Origin: Candidatus Bathyarchaeota archaeon
Lineage (GTDB): Archaea; Thermoproteota; Bathyarchaeia; Bathyarchaeales; Bathycorpusculaceae
Reading direction: 5' to 3'
DNA length: 64,000 bases
NCBI GenBank assembly: GCA_963767735.1
Contig: CAVYES010000004.1
Coordinates: 384,001 to 448,000, forward strand
In this document: positions 10,579 to 18,810 of the stretch, piece after piece
Layout: each line of letters starts with the position of its first letter
How positions within the stretch are numbered: position 1 is the stretch's first letter
Translations under genes and position numbers: made by a program
The notes under the pieces: model-generated
Databases searched by the model: none
The model's input: only the letters and a program-made list of their open reading frames with translations
Told to the model about the DNA's origin: nothing

Positions 10579-10609
10579 TTAATCGCACTAGAAACAAGTA
10601 GTTGATTTA

Positions 10610-10756
10610 ATGATTTCGAGCTGCAATGTTAACTGTCCAAGATGCGGAAAAGAGCTTGCTAAACCTGATAAGAAACTCGAGAATTCTGTTTTTTGCGTTG
10701 CGCTTTACACATGTGATATGTGTGGCGCGAAATTCAAGTATGCTAAGTCATTTTAG
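10610..10756 (+). CDS. 48-aa CPxCG zinc-ribbon microprotein
   Basis: MISSCNVNCPRCGKELAKPDKKLENSVFCVALYTCDMCGAKFKYAKSF; paralogue at 52808-52954 shows synonymous substitutions. Confidence 0.85.
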   Translation: MISSCNVNCPRCGKELAKPDKKLENSVFCVALYTCDMCGAKFKYAKSF

Positions 10757-11008
10757 CTATTTGCGTAGCAGATGACGGATTCATTTTTCTTTTTTGTTGT
10801 CAAACTCGTTCTCGACTCCACTTCTTAATAATTTTTTTGTCTTAAATTATAGGTTAGTGTGTTTTTTAGTGAGTATTTGATTAATTAGTTTAATCTTTGC
10901 TCCATACTAACCCTTCCCCCCCGCACTTCTTAAAGTAAGAAACTTACCACTTTTAGACCTTGAAAGTTGGTCTTAGACCTTATTGCTTAACTCTTTTCTC
11001 TATTTTGT

Positions 11009-11170
11009 CTAAGATTTTTTTGTACTTTGACTTAGGGATTCTAATGCGAATTTAAGCCCGTATTCAAAAACTGATTTCTCTGAATAGCCTTCTTCTTTTA
11101 ATTTTTTAAGTTTGTCTATTGTTTCTGAATCTACGTCTGCACGAAAAGTCTTTTCTTCCAATCCACTCAC
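11009..11170 (-). CDS. 53-aa putative ribbon-helix-helix DNA-binding microprotein
   Basis: MSGLEEKTFRADVDSETIDKLKKLKEEGYSEKSVFEYGLKFALESLSQSTKKS; strand-helix-G-helix pattern. Confidence 0.6.
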   Translation of the reverse strand: MSGLEEKTFRADVDSETIDKLKKLKEEGYSEKSVFEYGLKFALESLSQSTKKS

Positions 11171-11260
11171 CTTTATGATAACAAACATATCAAAGCTTTT
11201 CAGATTTAAGACTTCTCCACTCTAAATAGCGAAGTTACTAACCCTTGAAAAATATTGTTG

Positions 11261-11389
11261 TTACCTTACCATCTTGAATTTACCCTTACATTTATCACAA
11301 GTGTAGGCTTCGATTACGATATTACTATTCTGTAATAAAACTTGGGGTTTTGAGGAAACTTTCTTATGGCAATGAAGGCATTCAGTCAC
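11261..11389 (-). CDS. 42-aa CxxC zinc-ribbon microprotein, divergent paralogue
   Basis: MTECLHCHKKVSSKPQVLLQNSNIVIEAYTCDKCKGKFKMVR; shares the CxxC...KP...NS...YTCDxC..KFK pattern with 10610-10756. Confidence 0.75.
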   Translation of the reverse strand: MTECLHCHKKVSSKPQVLLQNSNIVIEAYTCDKCKGKFKMVR

Positions 11390-11533
11390 TTTGATTACTT
11401 CTTACTGTAAGGTACGGTACTGAACAGAATATTACCTTATGGTGTCTCTTTCTGCTACAACATTTTAATAATCAAAAAGGTACCGAACAAACGTTTTTAT
11501 CATTCTTTTTCTTCTAATTTATTTGGTGTTTTT

Positions 11534-11783
11534 CTGAATCGAAATGAAGCGGTCCAAGTTCTTAAGGACATTTTTGAAATGTCCACGCTGTTTCATTTTC
11601 AATACGTTTCTTTGATAAGTCCTAACTCTGAAAATTTGCTATCACATGGTTATCAAGTTCTCTTTAAAGTAGACTTTGACAAAGAAAATGAAATGAGTAT
11701 TCTGTACGATGTTGCTGATAAGTAAGTTAGCTATGGAAATAGCTAAAGAAGGTTTAATTACCATTTATCGACCTATGCAGTAA
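11534..11783 (+). pseudogene. small hypothetical gene, apparently frameshifted
   Basis: CTG-started frame (LNRNEAVQVLKDIFE...VADK*) stops at 11725; a protein-like tail LAMEIAKEGLITIYRPMQ* follows in the +1 frame. Confidence 0.4.
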
Positions 11784-12059
11784 AAGAAGAAAGAATTAAC
11801 GAAGCCCTCTCGTTAGGCGGGTTTGGCTGCAGCATAAGCAAGGCGTTTAATGCTGTTTTTGTGTCTTGCCAATGTTCAGCACTTGGCTAAATTCGCTTAA
11901 TCATCTTTTTTGCCCTATCGAAACTGCCAATTTGATTAAAATCTATTAATTTTCCTTCTTTAGCTCAAAACCTTGTTATTGTTGATGCACAGTCACATCA
12001 TTATTTATTATTCTAGGCGCATTATCTTTATAAGCACGCAGAAAGGAGTAACCTAAAAG

Positions 12060-12145
12060 CGTGAATCAATGGTTAACTTAGACGCAGGCGAATGATTCCC
12101 TCTCTCTTCCTGAAATTTTTTGTTTGCGTCTAAGTTAACCTACTT
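12060..12145 (+). ncRNA. candidate hairpin small RNA
   Basis: Perfect 16-bp inverted repeat (12071-12086 / 12125-12140) extended by G-U pairs; TTTATAA box at ~12027-12033. Confidence 0.4.
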
Positions 12146-12433
12146 CGTTTAAGCCCATAACTATTTCATGTTTCCATCACATAAAAACCTAGTGTATTTG
12201 CCTCGCTTCCTTTTTATCTATTGCACTCGAGCATTCAAGCTGTGGCTTGTTAGCCTGTTTGGGTTATACAGTAGCTCTATTCAAATATTGGGCACAAAAG
12301 TTGGTTCGGCATTTACGACTGGCGCTTAAAGATGATGACAGAATGGGAAAATACGGTTTTTTCAATTTAAGTCAAAGAAACTGTTTATTAAGTTAAAGTC
12401 GTGACAATAGTTAGTTTATTGGGGCTCAGAAAC

Positions 12434-13753
12434 ATGAAATCAATCATCATCCAGTTTCCGTACGGCGTAGCAGCTTTCGACGACAAAAACAGTTTAGTAG
12501 AGAAGGTTCTGTTTCCAAAAAAACCTCAGGCAGCAGCAAGAAGCCTGCTTAAAACTGAAGCCGGAAAAATGTCAGACGAAATATTCTCATTAATTTCCCT
12601 TCTAAAAAATGCAGGTTACGACATTTTTATTTTTGAAAACGCCAACTTGGCAGAGGAAATTCAACGCAAAATGAACGTCACCGTGGAAGTGGCGAAACCT
12701 GCCGAAGCTGAAGTTCTCCGCTCACGTATGAATGAAGTTGCAGTTGAATCAGGCTTTGTAAAAAATGAGCAAGATCTAAGCCTTTGGAACCGCAACGTTA
12801 GCTTGGAACTTGCCAAGTTAAGAATTAAAGGTGCCTCAGAAAAAAGAGACTTAATTGTTGCTCAGGGCATTCAGACGCTGGATGATTTGGATCGGACAGT
12901 TAACCTATTCGTGGGCAGGCTCAGAGAATGGTACGGCGTCTATTTCCCAGAACTTGACCGTTTAATCGAAAAACATGAAACTTACTCTCGTTTAGTCATG
13001 AACTTAGGCGACAGAGAAAGCTACACAACCGAAGCTTTAGAGAAGGAAAATATTCCTAAAGAACGAGCGGCATTAGTTGCAAAAGCTGCGGAATCATCTA
13101 TGGGTGCAGACATCGCTGAACGCGATTTACAGCAGATACAAGAATTGGCAAAGAATGTGCTTAGTTTCTATGAACTTCGCAAGAACATGGATAACTATGT
13201 TGACAGAACCATGGAGGAAATGGCGCCCAACGTACGCGCAGTTGCAGGTGCACTCCTAGGCGCACGCTTAATAGCCCTCGCTGGCAGCCTACAAACCTTA
13301 GCTATGAGACCAGCAAGCACCATTCAAGTTTTAGGCGCAGAAAAAGCCTTGTTCCGCTCATTGAAAACCGGCGCGAGACCGCCAAAACACGGCTTAATCT
13401 TCCAGCACACACTGTTGCACGATGCTAAGAGGTGGCAGAGAGGAAAAATTGCAAGGGTCATTGCTGGAAAACTAGCCATCGCCGCACGAGCAGACGCTTT
13501 CGGAGGCCATTTCATCGGAGATAAACTCAAAGCGGACATAAACAAGCGTCTAGAAGAAATACATGAAAAGTACAAAGAGCCGCCGCCACCAAAAGAACCA
13601 AAACCGAGACCTGAAGGACGCGAAGGACAGTTTAGAGAACGCAGAGAAGGTGGAGAAGGCCAATTTAGACCTCGCGAAGGCGGAGGGCGACCGTTTAGGC
13701 AAAACCGTAGCGGACCCCGTAGAGATAGGCAGCGGAGAAGAGAACGTCGTTGA
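12434..13753 (+). CDS. nop5: C/D box RNP protein Nop5 (Nop56/58)
   Basis: RLREWYGVYFPEL, PASTIQVLGAEKALF, PPKHGLIFQH and AIAARAD motifs. Confidence 0.96.
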   Translation: MKSIIIQFPYGVAAFDDKNSLVEKVLFPKKPQAAARSLLKTEAGKMSDEIFSLISLLKNAGYDIFIFENANLAEEIQRKMNVTVEVAKPAEAEVLRSRMNEVAVESGFVKNEQDLSLWNRNVSLELAKLRIKGASEKRDLIVAQGIQTLDDLDRTVNLFVGRLREWYGVYFPELDRLIEKHETYSRLVMNLGDRESYTTEALEKENIPKERAALVAKAAESSMGADIAERDLQQIQELAKNVLSFYELRKNMDNYVDRTMEEMAPNVRAVAGALLGARLIALAGSLQTLAMRPASTIQVLGAEKALFRSLKTGARPPKHGLIFQHTLLHDAKRWQRGKIARVIAGKLAIAARADAFGGHFIGDKLKADINKRLEEIHEKYKEPPPPKEPKPRPEGREGQFRERREGGEGQFRPREGGGRPFRQNRSGPRRDRQRRRERR

Positions 13754-14448
13754 CCGTCAGGGTTAAACCACACCCAAAATTCAAGGAAATCTATGAAGTA
13801 ACACTTGAAGACGGGGCAAAACGGTTAGCCACCAAAAACTTAACTCCTGGCTTAAACGTTTACGGCGAACGTCTTATCAAACTCAAAGGTGTTGAATATC
13901 GGGTTTGGGACGCTTTCAGAAGCAAGTTGGCAGCAGCCATTCTTAAAGGCGTGCAAAATGTGCCAATAGAACCGGGCTCCAAAGTGCTTTATTTGGGCGC
14001 TGCTTCCGGAACCACACCCAGCCATGTTTCAGACATCATCGGGGAAAGCGGCTATGTTTACTGCGTAGAATTTGCTCAGCGGTCAATCCGCGATTTAGTT
14101 AACAATGTAGCTGCTTATCGACCTAATATTTCGCCGCTGCTGGAGGACGCTCGGATGCCTGAAAGATATGCGATGTTCATCTCTGGCAAAGTAGACACGA
14201 TATACTGTGATGTGGCTCAGCCAGAGCAAGCGAAACTGCTTGCTGACAACGCCGATGTCTTTCTGAAACCCTCCGGCTGGGTCATGATTGCCGTGAAGGC
14301 GCAAAGCATCGATGTGACAATGGATCCAGAAGCAGTGTATCGGCAAGAAGCCAATATTTTGCGGAAAAGAGGCTTTGACGTAAAAGAAGTTTTGAATTTA
14401 GAACCCTTCGACAAAGCACACGCCATGATAGTTGCCCAACGAACCTGA
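13750..14448 (+). CDS. flpA: fibrillarin-like 2'-O-methyltransferase
   Basis: VYGE, RSKLAAAI, VLYLGAASGTTPSHVSD and DVAQPEQA motifs; overlaps nop5. Confidence 0.97.
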   Translation: MTVRVKPHPKFKEIYEVTLEDGAKRLATKNLTPGLNVYGERLIKLKGVEYRVWDAFRSKLAAAILKGVQNVPIEPGSKVLYLGAASGTTPSHVSDIIGESGYVYCVEFAQRSIRDLVNNVAAYRPNISPLLEDARMPERYAMFISGKVDTIYCDVAQPEQAKLLADNADVFLKPSGWVMIAVKAQSIDVTMDPEAVYRQEANILRKRGFDVKEVLNLEPFDKAHAMIVAQRT

Positions 14449-14645
14449 TTTACAAGCGCCACGCCTTCTTTTAGCTAACAAAGCAAATAGTATACCCAGT
14501 CCCCATCAATTTTGCTGGAGAAATTCAGTTGCTAAATTGATACCCCGTCCCGCCTTTCTTTCTGCAATTCTGCTCCGTTTTCTTTGTAAAGTAGCTTTTG
14601 GAAAACTATTATAGCTTAGTTTACTAACGCAATGATAGTTTAAGG

Positions 14646-15320
14646 TTGAAAAAACGAATGTTGGTTGCTGGTGTTGACGAAGCTGGGCGTGGATGCGTTA
14701 TCGGTCCTTTAGTTGTTGCTGGAGTCATGTTGAGAACTGAGAGTTTGCCCCTTTTAACCGAATTAGGAGTGAAAGATTCAAAGCTCCTAACAGCCAAGAA
14801 GCGTGAGGCACTGTACCCTGAAATCATACGCTTAACCGAAAAATACCAAACGATAAAGGTGCTTCCATACCAAATTGACAAAGCAGTTGAAAGCGCCAGA
14901 AAACTGCATAAACTAAACAGGCTTGAAGCTCAGACGATGGCACAGGTAATTGAAGCCTTAAAACCCGATGAAGTCTACGTTGACGCGGCAGACACCGTTG
15001 AGCATCGTTTTGGAAACCACATAAAAGAATGCTTAAAAATCAAAACCAGACTTATCTCAAAACATAAAGCAGACAAGATTTTCCCGGTTGTTTCAGCCGC
15101 ATCAATCATAGCTAAAGTTGAGCGTGACAGAGAAATCGCCAATTTAAGACTTGAATACGGCGACTTCGGCAGCGGATACTTAACTGACGGGAAAACCATG
15201 GATTTCCTGAGGCAGCTGCTAGAAAAAAACCGTGATTATCCAAGCTTTGTTAGAAAATCATGGAAACCTGCGAAAAGAGCAAAAAGCGAGAAAGGCTCGC
15301 AGCAACAGATGCTTGCTTAA
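14646..15320 (+). CDS. rnhB: ribonuclease HII
   Basis: GVDEAGRG, VKDSKLL, VSAASIIAKVERD and GSGY motifs. Confidence 0.96.
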   Translation: MKKRMLVAGVDEAGRGCVIGPLVVAGVMLRTESLPLLTELGVKDSKLLTAKKREALYPEIIRLTEKYQTIKVLPYQIDKAVESARKLHKLNRLEAQTMAQVIEALKPDEVYVDAADTVEHRFGNHIKECLKIKTRLISKHKADKIFPVVSAASIIAKVERDREIANLRLEYGDFGSGYLTDGKTMDFLRQLLEKNRDYPSFVRKSWKPAKRAKSEKGSQQQMLA

Positions 15321-15453
15321 CCGTGTTTTACGGCAAAATGTTTTGTTTGTAGTCAAATGTTTCAGCAAAAAGTCTACAATTAAGCACTAATTATATTAAT
15401 AGGTGACTACACCTTTTATTTAAGAATCGGGTTTTAAAACGGCGGTTGCTTGA

Positions 15454-17145
15454 ATGAGCGAAAAGGATGTAACCAAGTTTCTCCAGATGCTTGGGCTTTC
15501 AAAAAGAGAAATTCAAGTCTATATGTTTCTTGCCAAAAGCGGTGTCCAATCAACAAGCTTTGTGGCTAAAAGACTTAAAATGGAGCGTGTTCAAGCCTAT
15601 CGTACATTCAAGAAGCTGCAGGAGAAAGGCTTCATTGAAGCCACACTGGAAAGGCCCACCCGTTTCACCATTGTTGCTTTTGAAGCTCTAGTTGACCAAT
15701 TCATTAGTGCCAAAAAGAACGAGATTACCAACTTAACTGACCAGAAACAGCCTCTTCTAACCGCGTGGCAATCAATAAGCGCTCCCGAATCAGAATATCC
15801 CGTGGCTAAATTCTCAATTATAACGGGCAAGAAAAAGATTCATGCTAAAATGCTATCCATGATTGAAGAGTCAAATACTGAAGTCATAGTTTTAACAACT
15901 GCTTTAGGTTTCATTCAGGAAGATATCGCAGGCGTTTTTGATACAGCTTTTGTTTCTTCCCAAGAGAGAAATATCCCGCTTCAAGTAATAACCGAGATTT
16001 CCCCAGAAAACCTCAAGGTTGTAGAGAGGGTAGATAGGAATATTTCGGAAGAAAATTTAAACATTAAACTTCGCCATGTTAACATGAGCTCAAAATTTTT
16101 CCCGCGCTTCTTGATTAAAGATGAAGAAGAAGCCATGTTGTATGCGCCTTTTGGAAATGAAGCCTCCGTGCTTAATTTGGAAGATGAAGGCTTATGGATC
16201 AATGACAAAATGTTCATTTCGGTTCTGAAAGCTTTTTTCGTCCAAATGTGGCAAAGTGGGGTTGAAGCTTCAAGACGAATAGATGAACTCAAGACCGGAA
16301 TACCGCTGGGCGAAACACTTGTCATAAAAGACCCTGAAGAAGCCTGGGCCAAAGTAACTAAGGTTCTTGAGTCAGCGAAAAAAGACATTGTAATAATCAC
16401 AACATCACAAAGCATTAACCGCCTATCTGAAAATGACCCCTTAATAAATTGCTTCAAAAAAGGCCTGAAAGTTCAATTAATGGCGTCCATAGACTTAGAC
16501 AATCTTGAGCCAGCGCAGCGACTTTCAACTCACTATGAAATCAAGCATGTGCCCATAAGCTACATGACGATGATGCTGGTTGATGACAAGCACCTGTTCA
16601 TGTTTAAGATTCCTCCGCTGAACGATGTAGGAACTGAATCTGCCTTTTACTTAGTAGACACCTTCTACTCCAGCGACCCCAGCCAAATAGAGCGAGTAAG
16701 CGAGATGCTTAGTGATATTTGGAAGCGGGGAATAGATATCTCGGAGGTCAGTAGTCAAGCAGGAACTAAACTTCCCGCCGTTGAGGTCTCAACAACTGAC
16801 TCAGTTGCTAAACTTGTCGATAAAATGTTACAGAATAACGTCACTTCACTATTAATCAATGAGGATCAAACGCCCGTTGGGGTGATAAACGACAGAGAAC
16901 TTTTGAAGGAAATAGTTGAAGAACACAAGGACCCTAAGAAAACTTTGGCAAAAGACCTCAACTATACACCTCTCATAATTCTCCAAGGAGACGAATCCAT
17001 GATTACCGCCATGAAGCTTATGGAGGAAAAGAACCTGAAGCGAGCTGCTATGGTTAAAAACGGGCAACTTATGGGCATGTTAATGGAAAATGCTGCTAAT
17101 GCTGCTAAAAGGGCTGCCTTGCAAGTTAAAGCCCCTGTTTCATAG
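15454..17145 (+). CDS. TrmB-family regulator with two PLD-like sensor domains and a C-terminal CBS pair
   Basis: N-terminal LGLSKREIQVY...AYRTFKKLQEKGFI TrmB HTH; two effector-like domains; CBS-like PVGVINDRELL and GQLMGML. Confidence 0.8.
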   Translation: MSEKDVTKFLQMLGLSKREIQVYMFLAKSGVQSTSFVAKRLKMERVQAYRTFKKLQEKGFIEATLERPTRFTIVAFEALVDQFISAKKNEITNLTDQKQPLLTAWQSISAPESEYPVAKFSIITGKKKIHAKMLSMIEESNTEVIVLTTALGFIQEDIAGVFDTAFVSSQERNIPLQVITEISPENLKVVERVDRNISEENLNIKLRHVNMSSKFFPRFLIKDEEEAMLYAPFGNEASVLNLEDEGLWINDKMFISVLKAFFVQMWQSGVEASRRIDELKTGIPLGETLVIKDPEEAWAKVTKVLESAKKDIVIITTSQSINRLSENDPLINCFKKGLKVQLMASIDLDNLEPAQRLSTHYEIKHVPISYMTMMLVDDKHLFMFKIPPLNDVGTESAFYLVDTFYSSDPSQIERVSEMLSDIWKRGIDISEVSSQAGTKLPAVEVSTTDSVAKLVDKMLQNNVTSLLINEDQTPVGVINDRELLKEIVEEHKDPKKTLAKDLNYTPLIILQGDESMITAMKLMEEKNLKRAAMVKNGQLMGMLMENAANAAKRAALQVKAPVS

Positions 17146-17223
17146 CATATTTAACTTAAAATTTCTTTATTTAATTTTTAGAAAGGCAAACGATATTAAT
17201 AAAATACTCTACCTTTTAAGTGA

Positions 17224-17913
<690 letters not shown>

Positions 17914-17926
17914 CTGTGTGAGTACA

Positions 17927-18808
17927 TTGAAAGTTGAAGCTGAATGTGAATCTTGCTTGCTAGCTAGAGGCGCAACGCAGACCTACCAAGCCACCACAAA
18001 CCCTGCCCTGCGGTTCAGATGCCTCGCTGAAATTGTTAAACTTTTAAATCGCGAATTCAAGCCTACGTCGGTTGCAGCTGATTTAGGCACTAAAAGAGAC
18101 CGTGTAATTAAACAGTTAACAGGCAACAGTGACCCGTACCTTCGAACTAAGAAGGCGGCTAACGAGAAAGCGTTGAAAATGTTGCCGCGTGCAAAAAAGC
18201 TGGTGGAAGAGGGCAATAATCAGCAGGAACGCTTCAAAAAAGCGTGCTTATGCGCTATTGTCGGGAATATTATGGAGTTTGATATTCCAGGCCACAAGTT
18301 CAGCTTGAACAATTTGTCGGGTTGTTTTAGGGAAGCAGCTAAAGACTTAGCAATAGATGATATTGACAGGGCATATGAGTTGGCAAAGAAGGCAGAGCGT
18401 GTTCTCTTCTTAGCGGATAACGCTGGAGAAATCGTTTTTGATATGCTGCTTGTTGAACAGTTAAAAAACATGGGGTTAAAGGTAACTTATGTCGTTAAAG
18501 GAGGACCCGTCATTAACGACGCCACTTTAGATGATGTTGCTGTTTCAGGCATGGATAAACTTGCCGACGAAATATTAACGTCGGGAACCGACGCGGTTGG
18601 CTTGCAGAAAAAAGAGGTTTCGCCTGAATTTTTGAAAGTTTACGATGCTGCAGAACTGGTTTTCGCCAAAGGCATGGGGTACGCTGAAACCCTCACTGAA
18701 TACAAGTTAACGAAGCCTCATCTGCTTTTGTTCAGAACAAAATGTGTTCCAGTGGCGAACTATTTCTGTGTTCCACGCGACAAAAACATTGCTAAGCTGA
18801 TGCCGTAA
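17927..18808 (+). CDS. DUF89/ARMT1-like damage-control phosphatase
   Basis: N-terminal CxxC, DPY, IVGN, LADNAGE, PVINDAT and KGMG motifs. Confidence 0.88.
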   Translation: MKVEAECESCLLARGATQTYQATTNPALRFRCLAEIVKLLNREFKPTSVAADLGTKRDRVIKQLTGNSDPYLRTKKAANEKALKMLPRAKKLVEEGNNQQERFKKACLCAIVGNIMEFDIPGHKFSLNNLSGCFREAAKDLAIDDIDRAYELAKKAERVLFLADNAGEIVFDMLLVEQLKNMGLKVTYVVKGGPVINDATLDDVAVSGMDKLADEILTSGTDAVGLQKKEVSPEFLKVYDAAELVFAKGMGYAETLTEYKLTKPHLLLFRTKCVPVANYFCVPRDKNIAKLMP

Positions 18809-18810
18809 AA

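Noticed and set aside
12331-12400. ATGATGA C-box-like word upstream of nop5 as a C/D guide RNA
   Set aside because: No CTGA D box at a suitable distance downstream.
13324-13773. 149-aa antisense ORF over the nop5 tail, and similar shadow ORFs across the window
   Set aside because: They lie antisense or out of frame to well-supported genes and show no recognisable motifs.
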